From: Eledone cirrhosa
Lineage: Eukaryota
Assembly: GCA_964016885.1 (NCBI GenBank)
Contig: OZ024748.1
Coordinates: 8,184,001 to 8,248,000, forward strand
Length of the DNA stretch: 64,000 bases
Direction: 5' to 3'
Below, piece after piece: positions 14,076 to 27,293 of this stretch; position 1 is the first letter of the stretch; the number at the start of each line of letters is the position of its first letter. A program made the translations under genes and the position numbers. The notes below the pieces were generated by a model. The model saw only the letters and a list, made by a program, of their open reading frames with translations. It was not told where the DNA came from and searched no databases.

Positions 14076-15042
14076 TATATAAATTTGTATATATATATAT
14101 TTGTGCGTGTGTGTGTGCATGAGCATGTAATTGTGTGCATGTGGTTATATGTGTATGTATATATATATATGTGTGTGTGTGTGCGTGTGTATGTGTATGT
14201 GTGTGTGTGTGTACAGTACATGTAGTGTAGCCATTTATTATGAGAAATATTAAAACCTGGATTTATCTAATGAAAGAAACGAAGTAGAACCAGTATCATA
14301 CCTCTTTCCCATTCAATTCACATGGTGAGAGTAAACCTAACAATCTGGCAGACATTGTTCTCGGGATAAGGTCATTAATCCTTTCTTTGATTATATATGT
14401 TTAAAAGAAAAGCTATTATGATTAGACCTTCAATTGATTTGTCAGTTAATTATAAGAAGCTATGGGTAAGACCTTATGGAGTGTGGTAGTTCTAGTTGAG
14501 GATAATTTCTAATCTTACAACACACGAGATTACATCAGACTAATAAAAATATATTAAAAGACAAGATAAAAATTTTCCAGACATTATGACTGCAATTAAT
14601 TGATACGAACCAGCAATGTTGTGTCTTCATGGTCAATAGATATGTTAAAAATGGCAACCAAATCTTCCCTCAATCACTCCCTGCTGTCATGAACAAGGAA
14701 TTATAGTGTAGCTGTAAATTTGCAAAGCTCTAGAGAGTGATAATGGATGTTCTAATCATGACCATCCCTGTATAACATCAATAACTGTAACAACAATCAA
14801 TATATGTATTTATACATCCTTTTTCTCTCACAATCACAGCCACATGATAATAATAATGATGATAATGAAAATGATTGTGTACAGTGCTCAGGTGCACTAC
14901 AACTCATTAAAGGTGCATGTAAAGTACATAGAATAATGTAAAAATGTCAGGAAAGGGAACAGTGTATGAGTCATGATATAGACACAGACACACACACATC
15001 ACACATACATCACACCACACCACAACACACACACACATGTCC

Positions 15043-16115
15043 CGACAGCTAACAACTGATGCAGGTAGTTTGTTCCATGGAAGTGTTGAAGGATGCAGTG
15101 TCTCGACAGCTAACAACTGATGCAGGTAGTTTGTTCCATGGAGGTTTTAAAGGATGCAGTGTCTCGACAGCTAACAACTGATGCAGGTAGTTTGTTCTAT
15201 GGAAGTGTTGAAGGATGCAGTGTCTCGACAGCTAACAACTGATGCAGGTAGTTTGTTCTATGGAAGCGTTGAAGGATGCAGTGTCTCGACAGCTAACAAC
15301 TGATGCAGGTAGTTTGTTCTATGGAAGCGTTGAAGGATGCAGTGTCTCGACAGCTAACAACTGATGCAGGTAGTTTGTTCTATGGAAGCGTTGAAGGATG
15401 CAGTGTCTCGACAGCTAACAACTGATGCAGGTAGTTTGTTCTATGGAAGCGTTGAAGGATGCAGTGTCTCGACAGCTAACAACTGATGCAGGTAGTTTGT
15501 TCCATGGAAGTGTTGAAGGATGCAGTGTCTCGACAGCTAACAACTGATGCAGGTAGTTTGTTCTATGGAAGCGTTGAAGGATGCAGTGTCTCGACAGCTA
15601 ACAACTGATGCAGGTAATTTGTTCCATGGAAGTGTTGAAGGATGCAGTGTCTCGACAGCTAACAACTGATGCAGGTAGTTTGTTCTATGGAAGCGTTGAA
15701 GGATGCAGTGTCTCGACAGCTAACAACTGATGCAGGTAGTTTGTTCCATGGAGGTTTTAAAGGATGCAATGTCCCGACAGCTAACAACTGATGCAGGTAA
15801 TTTGTTCCATGGAAGTGTTGAAGGATGCAGTGTCTCGACAGCTAACAACTGATGCAGGTAGTTTGTTCTATGGAAGCGTTGAAGGATGCAGTGTCTCGAC
15901 AACTAACAACTGATGCAGGTAGTTTGTTCTATGGAAGCGTTGAAGGATGCAGTGTCCCGACAGCTAACAACTGATGCAGGTAGTTTGTTCCATGGAAGTG
16001 TTGAAGGATGCAGTGTCTCGACAGCTAACAACTGATGCAGGTAGTTTGTTCCATGGAGGTTTTAAAGGATGCAGTGTCCCGACAGCTAACAACTGATGCA
16101 GGTAATTTGTTCTAT
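15043..16115. repeat. 61-bp minisatellite, ~17.5 units, derived from the CR1 ORF2 end
   Basis: Unit CGACAGCTAACAACTGATGCAGGTAGTTTGTTCCATGGAAGTGTTGAAGGATGCAGTGTCT. Confidence 0.95.
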
Positions 16116-16198
16116 GCTTCAGCAACTCTGAGCATGAAAACTTTTTCCAAAAGTCATGGAAGCTGTACTGTTTTCTGATTTTGTAAGCATGTCTACAG

Positions 16199-16331
16199 GT
16201 GTTAGACACATGTAGTCCATGGGTGTTAGACACATGTAGTCCATGGGTGTTAGACGCATGTAGTCCATGGGTGTTAGATGCATGTAGTCCATGGGTGTTA
16301 GATGCATGTAGTCCATGGGTGTTAGACACAT
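16199..16331. repeat. 24-bp tandem repeat, ~5.5 units
   Basis: GTGTTAGACACATGTAGTCCATGG repeated. Confidence 0.9.
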
Positions 16332-17467
16332 GGAATTTTTTTTCAATTAGACCAGTGGTTCCATAACAATGTAGTAAAGGTGATTTCGATTAAAAGAGCC
16401 TGGGGGAATTATAAAGTTTGATCTATTTTGAATATATGTTCTTACTTCATTTCAATCTGCACAAATTTTAGATTTGCAACTTAAACTGTTCATATGATTT
16501 TGTAAATTTATGCAGGTTTCTTTATGTAAAAATCTTTTATCCCAAAAATATTTCAATTCACTTTTCTACTTTTATATTCGTTGTAAGTAAAAATATGAAT
16601 AAATTATCATATTTACTGAAATCTTCAACAAAATGTTCATTGATGGTTGAAAAAACATTTCTCTTGATAAGAATTAATTATGTATCTGCTTAGTTATAGA
16701 ATTAGCAATTTCAAAAGATAGAATTTCAAGGAACCCAAGTGTTTAAAGATTAGAATTCGTTTTTGGTTCATTCCTTTTACACTCAGAAATCGTTATCTTT
16801 TAAATAATACCGAGTCAATGTGACTACAGTATCTAATGTTGCTTTTCTTTTTTTAAAAAGTAGTGTGTAGTTTGAAGGCACCAAATGGTGTGGGTGTTGG
16901 ACTTCAGAGATTTGATTCCTTGACTGTGATGTGGGCAAAATACTTCATTTCATGCTGCTCCAGCATACACAGCTGAAAATAAGAACCAGTAATAGCTGGG
17001 GGTTTGACCCTGTGATAGACTGGTGTCCTGCCCAGGAGAAGGGGGATGTCTTACACTCACAGTTGCTTAATGCCAGGAAAACAGAGATAAGCACTTCGAG
17101 GCAGACTTTAAACTAGTTTACGGAAAATTTGGCTGCTATTTTTAACAGGTTAGAGGACCACATCTTTGGCTCATGTAGTTGAGAAAGATATTGATGCATC
17201 ATTTTTTTGTTCGTGTATTCCATAAGTTTATAGCAGAAAACTCACAAATATACAGGCAAGAGTGTAAACAGTTCAAACAACACAAAATAAAAGTGTAGTA
17301 TTGATTCTATCAACCCCTGAATTAATACAAATATAATTTACCTCAGTTAGATTGAAATATATTTTATTAAAATTACTCTTGAAATGAAGAGAAAACTCAA
17401 CAGAATTAATGATAATTCTTGTGAAAAATGCAAGAGAGACATCTCAGGAAACTAAATTAATTAGCAA

Positions 17468-17722
17468 TTAAATGGATTCATAGATTGGAAATTCTTTTCC
17501 ACATCGTTTCACATAATAATCAGTTTTACAGGTTATCAATCTTTTACAGTGATCTGCTTCTAGAAAAATATTGTTCTTTCTTTTGACACAGTTCATTAAT
17601 GATAATATTCTGTCAGCATATTGATGTGACAGGATTGTTAAATTAGTCATAAAATTAGATAACAAATAATATTTTGAATCATAAAGTTCGTCTCTGATGT
17701 CAAATAAAAGACCAAACTTCAT
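17468..17722 (-). pseudogene. Degenerate hAT-like transposase C-terminal (dimerisation) remnant
   Basis: KYYLLS..TILSH..ADRILSLMNCVK resembles the hAT C-terminal motif LPHSNA..ERIFS.MN.IK. Confidence 0.45.
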
Positions 17723-19051
17723 TATTCAAGATATGGTTTGTTATTTAATTTATCTCTATTCTGTCTCCTGGGGTGACAGGGTCGCCACCAGGTAGGCCCC
17801 CATTTGCTTATAATAGTGAGAGATGGGGAGAGCAAGGGAGACAGTGACAAAGGAAAGTTGATTCTATTATGTTCAGTCCTTGTTAGGAACTTGTATAGCC
17901 CTCTTGACCTCCATAGAACATTTAGAACTATTTTCTGAAAAGGTCGACAAATTGTGTGCTTACTGTAAAACAATGACTTCTCTGTTGATCATTTTTTACA
18001 GCCCCCCTCGGTCCCTAATAACAAAGGTTTTGCACCTAGAAGGTTTCCCTCCGAGGCGCAAGCCTGGGTAAGGTTTGTTTGTAGAAGACCAGCAGTCACC
18101 CATACATACCAGTCTCCCCTCTCTACGCCACCGATGTTGTCCAAGGGAAAGGCAATGGCTAATACGGCTTGGCACCAGTGACATTGCAACTCATTTTTAC
18201 AGCTAAATAAACTGAATCAACATGAAATAAAGTGTCTTGCTCAAGGGCACAATGCATCACCCAGTCCAAGAATCAAACTTACAACCTTATGATTGCAAGC
18301 CCAATGCTCTAACCACGGCGCCAGTGCGTTACTGGTACTTTATTTTATCAACCCTGTAAGGATGAAAGGCAAAGCTAACCTCAGAGGGATTTGAACTCTG
18401 AATGTAAAGGGCCGTAACTCTATGCTGCAAACACGTTGTCTGACGCTCTACTGATTACTGTTAATCCACTGCCCTTACACCGAATTAATAACAAGAAAGA
18501 TATATTACTAAATACGGTAAGGAAATGGTTACGGTTATTTAGATTGCTTTCTGGTACAATAGAAGTGAGCAGCTGGTGGAAGGGGAGGCACAAGAGATAT
18601 GTTGGAATCATGAACTATATTTAGGTGTAATATCTTTAGATTAACAAACCTTTCTTCTTTAAATACAAAGTTCCACTGGGAACCTCAAACAATCAGCTTT
18701 TTTTAATCATCTCACACAGCTTTCATCTTCAAAAAGACCAGTAATTAAATGTTTGTTGTCTTTCCTCTAAGATAAACATAATTAATATTTTGTAGATACT
18801 CTAATTGATTTGAGCAATTATTGATAATCATAATTATCAAATCACTTGATTTTCTTTACTAAAGATGGGTTACTGGTTTTTGCATTAGAATGGTATCATT
18901 GAATACTCTCAGTGCAACCTGGAAATATTCAGATTGGAATTTAATATCCAATAAATTCACCTTATATAGCACACAGTGAAGGCAATGTTAAATAGGCCTA
19001 TTTCAGCAATTGCTGAATGTCAAACGTTATTCTGGTGTCATTAATTGTTGT

Positions 19052-19412
19052 AGTATCGGTAGAGGGTCGGACGCCATGCTTTCTAGCATAGTTACGTCCC
19101 TTTACGATCTGAGTTCAAATCCCGCCGAGGTTGACTTTGCCTTTCATCCTTACGGGGTCGATAAAATAAAGTACCAGTGAGGCACTGGGTAGTTGCTGGC
19201 CTTGTGCCTAAAGTAGAAACAATTAATTGTTTCTACTTTTGGCACAAGGCCAGCAATTAACCAGTGCATTACTGGTACTTTATTTTATCAACCCCGTAAG
19301 GATGAAAGGCAAAGTTAACCTCGGCGGGATTTGAACTCAGAATGGCAAGGGCCGTAACTCTATGCTGCAAAGCATGGTGTCCGACCCTCTACCGATACTG
19401 CCAATCCACCTT
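19052..19412. mobile_element. Tail-to-tail inverted pair of SINE A copies
   Basis: Plus copy 19052-19224 and minus copy 19225-19412; junction GTAGAAACAATTAATTGTTTCTAC; flanked by ~25-bp direct repeats. Confidence 0.85.
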
Positions 19413-19974
19413 CCGTTATTCTGGTGTCATTAATGTTGACAACTTTGAATTCACTTTGCTAACCCAAACATTCTCTCATCTTCCATTACAAAACGAATGT
19501 ATGGCTTCTTCAGCTTCAGTTGACTGAAGGATTGTTCTCTAACTACAATAATGTGTGTGTGTGTGTAGTGTGGTAAATAAATATATACATATACACCAAG
19601 TCCGGACACAGAGGAACCAAACTCCCACTGTCACTGCCTCCGTCTCTCCTGCACTCCCCATCTCTCATTGGTAAAGTTAGAAAAATGCAGTATAATGTGA
19701 ACAGGCAAAGATAAATGTAAAACTTGTCATTGGTAACTATAAATTTAGATAGATTAACGACTGTCAGTTGCTACTAATGCTCATTAAATCTTTATAGGTG
19801 TCTTTGAATCACAGATTTTCTGTTGATACTGATGCTCATTAGATCTTTCTAATGAAAGATGATCAGTTGCCCATTTGATCTTTATACGATTTCAGATTAA
19901 CTATCTCATTGGAGATCAACAGAAAATTCTAATTTGTTCGCAATATCCACCTTATTAAACAGCTTTGGATTTCT

Positions 19975-20470
19975 TCTTCTTCTTCTTCTTCTTCTTCGCC
20001 CACATATTCCTGGGAGGGTCGTGTGGGGGCAGAGTTTTCAAACACTCCCTCCAGCAGCTCCTGTCAGAAGCAACCATCTCCAACTGATCCAGCTGGATCT
20101 CCAAGTGTGACCAGCCAAGCTCATGGATGTTATCTTGCTCGGGGTCTATCCCTGGGTCTCCTGCTGGTTGGTTTTGCCTGTCAAATCTATCCAGGGATCC
20201 TTTCCTGAGACATTCTAACTACATGTCCATAGTATCAGAGCTGTGATCTTTCATTTGGAGAAGTAGCGGCTCTACTTGGAGTGTCACTCTGATCGCCAAG
20301 CATTCTATCGAGTAATGTTACTCCACAGACCATTCGGAGGAATCAGCCACTTCTATTCACAATCATATTCTTTCAGTCATAACTTAAGATTCATGACCAT
20401 AGGTAAGTCTTGGCACAATAACCAAATTGAAGTGGCCAGGTCTTCTAGAAGCTCCACTTTCACTGCTTAT
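19975..20470 (-). mobile_element. Degenerate RTE-type LINE 3' fragment with (GAA)n tail
   Basis: Minus strand has remnants of the RTE C-terminal region (GHV.RM, RPRGRP-like); homologous to the + strand fragment at 26225-26800. Confidence 0.55.
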
Positions 20471-23449
20471 GATATCACATTAACTAGGGTACTGTTACCA
20501 GTCCCTAAATTGAAAGTAAGCTCTAGAAAATCTTTAGAGGGTTGTGTCTAGGGTGCAACCCAAACAGTCTGGGTATCATTTCCTGTGATGGGAGTAGACA
20601 TTAAGTTTTCAAAGGATCCATCTCTGGTTCAGTCTGTGATATGTGCAAACCAAATAAAAATGAAGTGTCTAATCTCTGATTTCTTGAAGTCTTTTCTTGA
20701 TTTGCAACTTCCCTCATCTTCTTTCTGTTTCATCCAAATTCCTTTTATTGCTTTTTACTTTGGAATTCATTATCAGGAAAAACATTAACATGTTCTTTTC
20801 TTTTTCTTTTTTTCAGACATGATAAAACACACAGTCCACACTGTAATGTGGCCGTGTAGGTAACACGGTAAAAACCTCCCAGTCCACACTGTAAACCTAG
20901 TTGGTGTTAGGAAGGGCCTCCAGCCGTAGAAAACCCGCCAGACAGTCCTATGCGAGCAAGACAACCACTCTTGCCTCAAGTGGGAAAACTCCCGTCCAAA
21001 CCCATGCAAGCGTGGAAGATGGACGTTAAACGATGATGATGATAAAACACTGTCAGAATAAAACAGAAAAGTAACTTTAACTTACCTGTGCCATAAATAA
21101 TTGTTTCTACTTTTGGTACAAGACCATCAATTACCCAGTGCATTACTGGTACTTTATTTTATCGACCCCCTTTAGGATGAAAGGCAAAGTTAACTTCAGC
21201 GGGATTTGAACTAAAATCGTGCCAATCCACCGCATTAAAAGAATTTAATAATATCAGTTTTAGTTGTTTTTTGCTGTGTTTTCAGGTATTCTTGGGTGTT
21301 GGACATCAATTACTATTTATTAGACTTCAATAAAGTTTGTTTTGATGTTCACAAGAAGGAATTGGATATTTGTTGACTGGTTGAAATGAGTTTGCTCTTG
21401 TTTAGGATTGTTGTATGGTAGTGGTGAATAATATGAAATTTCATCATACAACATAAACCACAGTAGTTTGGCTGACCTGTCAACTCTCCCCATTCGACAG
21501 GGAGATCTCCCTCCCACTTTGGGGTGTGTGAGAGATGTCTTCTCTTATGAAAATGGATATAGCTTTCCTTGTGTAAAATCTCCCCATTTTGCCTCATTTC
21601 TCATGCCTCTTTTTTTATGGTACTCCTTGTTTGGGTTTTTAGAAGTTGGCAGGTCTGGTTTGGTGATTTGTCTAATGTTGTCCATCCATCGGAAATGAAG
21701 CAGACATGCTCCAATAGGTGTACAATATTAATGTGTGTGGATGAAAAAGTATGGCTGAGCTGCAAGAAAAGCTGAATATAAGAGGAATCAGATGTAGTGT
21801 GTAGGAAAGATGATGCTAAGAAATCCCAGTGGAAGGAAGCTACAGAAGAGGAAGGCCAAGGAAGACCTGATCAAAGGTTGTATGAGCTGATCTCAAATCA
21901 ATTAATCTCACAGCTGAGTTGGCAAAGTGGAGGATAATTAAAAATTAATCCAAGTTTCACTATTCAATACACACAAATAATTAAATAGAATAACTACCAA
22001 CACTAACCACAAAAAAAATTAGAAAATTTAAAACTTATGAATTCGATTGAGTAAATTATGAAATACAGGCAAAATTTTAGAGTATTAAGATTAATAGCTT
22101 ATTTTCAGTTTAAAATGGTGACCAACAAAGTATTAGTTCAGGGGAGATAACTGACAGATATCAAATATTTCTTTCTGTAATCATTTGGAAAGTACAAACT
22201 TGCAAGAGATACTAAATCGCCTGTCTTTCTACAACGCTAAACTATTTATTTTTAATCATTTATATTTATCTAAATGCCTTCTATAATAATCTTATGTAAG
22301 TTATGCTCCAATAACTAGTTTAATAATAAGAAAGTTAGTTGTATTATTAAATTTCTCCAAGGGTGGTGGATTGTCAGTGTCAGTAGAGCGTCGGGTATGC
22401 TTTGCGGCATAGAGTTATGGTCCTTTATGGTTAGCTTTGCCTTTCATCCTTACAAGGTCGATAAAATAAAGTTCCAGTAATGCACTGGTCTCGATTTAAT
22501 CAACCTTTCCCTCTCGTAAAACTCTTGACCTTGTGTCTAAATCAAAAACCATATTAAATCTCTCCAAATTCTTGATCCTTATGAGATCGATAAAATAAAA
22601 GTACTAGTATTGCACTGGATTCGACTTAAATATCTTTTTCTTCTCCTGGAACTGTTGGTCTTCTGCCTAAATCAGAAACTATTATTAAATCTCTCCAAAT
22701 TCTTGATAATTTTAAAAATCATAGGCAGTGTCTTTCATTAAAAATAAGATAACAGAGTTAAACTGACCATAGTATATTACTGGTATTATTTTATAAACTC
22801 AATAACACCAGATAAGTCATCCTTATGATTTAAACTTCAACTATAAAGACTTACAATTTATTATACAATCTGGCACCCAACCATTTTTGTTATTTAACTT
22901 CCCTTTCTTTCATTACATTGATTTCTACATTGGCATAGATACAGACTATTGTATAGGAAAATATAATCGATTGAACCGACTCTATTTCTGATGTTTCATT
23001 GATTTCAAAGAATATAAGACAAAGTAGATATAAATCAGTAAACCAAGGAACTATGACTGATACAACCATTTCTTGAGAGCAGGTGGATGGTCTGCCAGAA
23101 CACTTTATTTGCTGTTCTGAAGTCAGATTCCAGCTTAAACCCAAAGTCCTCCCATGTATTAACCTGCTGGAAGAAGTGTTTGAAGAAAAAGAAGACAGCC
23201 ATTTCTTTTCTTCTAAACAACACCATTGAACTATTGATGTAGTAAATATCTATATGAACCCATAACTCCTGGTGAATTACAATGCTTCTTCGGTATTTTT
23301 TAAAACCCGGTGGAGCGCAGTAGAGTGAGAGAAAGCGATATAGAGGAAGAATTTACCCCAGTACTGCACTGGTACATGTTTTAATTTTTTTCATCTGATA
23401 CAACACAATAAAGACTAAAGTGTTTAAAAAATAAAAATAAATAAAATAA

Positions 23450-23760
23450 AATTGATGTTCTATTTAGGACTAGTCTGAGTTTAATGATTTTTGTATTCAC
23501 TCTATTTACAGAGATTACCTTATCTACCCATTTGTCAGCTAATAAAATACCAACTCTCTCCAGCCTGTTATCATTTCTCACCCAGGAAAATTTGTAGCAG
23601 TTTTTTGCCTCTAAGGAGTTTAGCTGACTCTCTTCTCCATCTAGTATCTTGCACACAGAATACATGAATTTTTTTCCACTCTAGTATCTCTACAATTTCT
23701 CCTGTTCTTCCTTTCATTGAGCTCACATTGATGGTGCCAATTCGGAAGTTCGGGTATTTG
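23450..23760 (-). mobile_element. RTE-type LINE N-terminal APE endonuclease fragment
   Basis: Minus translation includes RIGTINVSSMKGRTGEIVE and VGILLADKWVDKVISVNRVN..IIKLRL. Confidence 0.7.
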
Positions 23761-24867
23761 CTGTCAATAGTAGAGGAGGATATCTGCAGGGGTTGGGACG
23801 GGTGTATGCTTTCTGTATCTGAAATAAAGGTTCATATGGTCGCCTGGAAATGTGTTAATTCATACTTGTATTTTGGGTTGTTCCATTTCAGCCTGTTCAC
23901 AATGAATGAAAATCTCCCAGAACAGAAAAGATAGTAGCAGTAGCTGTTAGCAGTTATTGCCACAGATAGTGGGTATCTTTGTATTGTTGTTGTTTGATTG
24001 GTCTAAAATGGTAAGGTGGTATGTGGGAGGGAAACGGAAAGGTAAATGAGTGCTTCAGCTGACTAGAATCTTAGAACAAACTAAAAATGAAATAAATAAA
24101 TAGCCATTGTTGATAGAGTATATGGGATAGGATAGATCTGTTGTTTATAGTAAGCTGTGTTCATTTCATGAACATTTATTTAAAGAAAAAATTAGCAGGT
24201 ATCATCTGATGTATTTTTATTTTTTAATGATTCCTTGATTTTCTAAGTTATGTAAATACAGAGCAGGGAGAAATAGTTTAACACGAATTCTTAGGTAATT
24301 CTAGTTAAAAACCAGCTAATTACTTGTTCTAAGATTGTGTGATTACTTTGGAAATAAGCAAAAATAATTAGCAGTAATGAATAATTGATAGTTTAAGGCT
24401 TATTATATTCACAAATTGTAAAAATTAAACTGCAAAATAGATTAAACCAGGTGTAGAGAACAGGAGAGTTATGTAAGCTGAAAATTGATTTATAAACTGT
24501 CACTATAGTGTGTTATGCAGTGAGCGGAGGTTAGATTAAGAAAGACATTTAAACACGAGAGATATTGAACTAGTTTATACTATTGAGAGTGATTTGTTAT
24601 TTATGACTAACATCGACTGTAACAAAAGATTTACCAACTGTCACAATTAAAACACTGAAAGAGATTATAAATACTTTAAAACATTTTTCAGCTTTTTATT
24701 AACAAATACAACTACATTGAGAATAAAATCTTCATTTCTTTCAGAAAATAATTGTATGTTTTATAAATATATTGAGTTTACTTTTTATATCTTTTTTTTT
24801 TTCTGAAGTTATTAAATCTCACATGGTAATAAATTCTGAGCTTTTCAATCTTAATGTGTGAAGATCA

Positions 24868-25011
24868 TTATCTCTTGAATGGTGATCTAGAAGAATTGTC
24901 GTAAAGCTGTCTGGTGCTGAATAGTGAAACACCAAAACCGAAGAGAGATAAGAAAATAGCAGCTGGTACGATGAACTGGTCAACTTTACTACTGCTCGTC
25001 GAACCCTCCGC
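24868..25011 (-). CDS. 80-aa putative mitochondrial single-pass microprotein, last coding exon (AEGSTSSSKVDQFIVPAAIFLSLFGFGVSLFSTRQLYDNSSRSPFKR*)
   Basis: Acceptor tttatacag|, phase 0 matching the upstream exon, ~21-aa hydrophobic segment, TAA at 24870-24868, AATAAA at ~24700. Confidence 0.7.
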   Translation of the reverse strand, partial: AEGSTSSSKVDQFIVPAAIFLSLFGFGVSLFSTRQLYDNSSRSPFKR

Positions 25012-25789
25012 CTGTATAAAAAAAATTACATTTAGTTAAGAGAAAACCAAACAATTTTTAAATTTACAGTCAATATCACATAATTACCAACATTACTGCA
25101 TATAAGTGACTTTCCATTATCCCTCTAGCATATAACAATAGTCAACTGAAGAATGAACCTTGTACCACAACAGAGATAAGCCAACAGTTCTATATATTAG
25201 CACTATTAGAAGTCTACTTTTCTATTGTAAACACTGACAGATGTGGAACAATTTTTACTGATTTTTTTTTTTTTTTTTTAAATGGTCTCTGGCATTTATT
25301 TTATTTCACATCTAAATTTATAATTATTTTGTTATCAAGGACAGCAGCAGATTGGTAGAATTGTCAAAACATTGGATAACATGCTTTGGGCATATATGAT
25401 AGTTACAGCCTTTTATGTTCTGAGTTCAAATCCCACCAAAGTTAACTTTGCCTTCAGCCTTGCAGGATCGACTTTCCCCTTCCCTTCAAATTGGTGCAAT
25501 TTATATCAATTCTCCATCCTATAATTTTGGTAAACTTGGATACTGGCATATTTGTTAAAGAAAACTATTTTTGCAGCCAGATGAGAAAGATGAAAACGGT
25601 TGCTGTTTAGTCTCAAATTAGCCTAAAGAAACAAGAATTATGGTTGAAGCCATTCCTGATTATCCTATCTTTTTGAATACCTTAGACTATATTGTCCCAC
25701 ATTTCCATCCATTTTCTATACAATAGGGTGAATTTAAAACCAAGAGATTTAAAAACAAAAGGAAAACTGTTAATCTTTTCAACACTGAC

Positions 25790-25888
25790 CTGTGATATTT
25801 TTAATAATGGCAGAGCTGTTCGTGAAAACGATCGATAGAGAATGGAGCTTTTTCTCATCAACATGTTTGATCCCATTGCAGAAGCCAT
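25790..25888 (-). CDS. 80-aa putative mitochondrial microprotein, first coding exon (MASAMGSNMLMRKSSILYRSFSRTALPLLKISQ)
   Basis: Acceptor ttctattacag| with exon starting 25899, ATG at 25888, donor CAG|gtcagt; R/S/L-rich with no acidic residues, like a presequence. Confidence 0.7.
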
Positions 25889-26224
25889 TGAAGATATACC
25901 TGTAATAGAAATAAAACAACTGAATTTGAAGATTTTATAGCAATTTATTTCTGACAAGGAATATATTTTATAACAATATTGAATAAATACCAAATACGCA
26001 GGGTGTTTCTCCAGGGTGGCAATTGGTGACTAAACAGGCAACCCCACCAAGCTTAGTGAGGAGGGTGATTTTAGGACACCCTGCAGGATGAAAAATTGAT
26101 CCTGTTGAAGGATCAAGGAACTCAGGAGAATCAACAGTCATCCAATAGCATGTAAAAAGAAAAAAACCTACAGACATGCACTTGATAAGTCTTGTTGCTG
26201 AGTGCTGCACAGTAGGAAGGAAAA

Positions 26225-26800
26225 TCAGTGCTGCAAAGACTGAGACACTAGACTTCTATAAATGGAGGTTCTACTGAAGCAGATGGAGAAATTCAAGTAT
26301 CTCAGGGCTGTGTTCACAAGTGATGGAAGGCAGGAAACTGAATTAAGTGCAAGAATTGCAGGAGCTGGTGTAGTAATCTGCCAGCATCAACATTCAGTAA
26401 TCAGAAGGAAGGTAAGAATAAAAGCCGAACACACTATCTTTTAATTCAGTATTTGTGCCAACCCTTACCTATGGTAATGAATTTTGGGTAATAAGCGAAA
26501 GTATACAATTGCGTCAGGATTCCAATGAAGGATCTTTGGCATAATGCGACTCAGTGCTTAGCTCAAAGATCAGAGTCACTCCAGGTAAAGCCACTACTTC
26601 TAACAGAGCTCATAGCTTCGATTTTACAGACAAAAACCAACCGACAAGAGACCTAGAGGTAGACCCTGAGCAAGATGGTTGGATAACATCCCTGAGCTCA
26701 GCTAGTATCACTTGTAGATCCAGCTGGATCAATTGGACGGTTGCTTCTGACGGGACCCCTCTGAAATGAGTGTTTGAGGACTCTACTCCACGACTTACTT
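26225..26800 (+). mobile_element. Degenerate RTE-type LINE 3' fragment
   Basis: KFKYLRAVFTSDGRQETELSARI motif; frameshifted. Confidence 0.65.
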
Positions 26801-27293
26801 TTAATTCTAAATAATAATAAATAAAATAAAAATAGAACAAGATTTTCCTGACATTTGTACATTATTCTATGTACTATACATGCACCTTTGATGAGTTGTA
26901 GTGCACCTGAGCACTGTACACAATAATTTCATTATTATTATATGTCGATTTGACAGAAATATTTGGTGATAATTTAAAATAAAAACAATTCTAAATGAGG
27001 CAAAAATGGAAAAATTTTATTATTTTTGTCGAATGAATTCTATAGCATGGAACACCTTACAATAGTTTTAACCCTTTCAATACCAAACTGCCTTAAAAAC
27101 AGGTCCTGATTCTTCAATACAAAACTCTGTTTTCGAGCGCTTATCTAAATACTTTACGTCATAATTTTGTTATGCTCCAAATAGCAACTTAATTATGAGA
27201 AAGATATGCCATTACTAAACCTCTCCAATTTTCTGTTTAAAACATTCATTATATAAGGAAGGAGATGTGAAAAGGAATAAAAGAGTAACATAC

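Larger units (their letters stand above)
14850..16331 (-). mobile_element. 3' end of a CR1/L2-type LINE with tandem-amplified internal segments
   Basis: Minus translation RHAYKIRKQ...WNKLPASVVSCRDTASFKTS is a CR1-type ORF2 C-terminus; 3' tail is shared with 26845-26942, 30855-30950 and 52340-52460. Confidence 0.75.
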
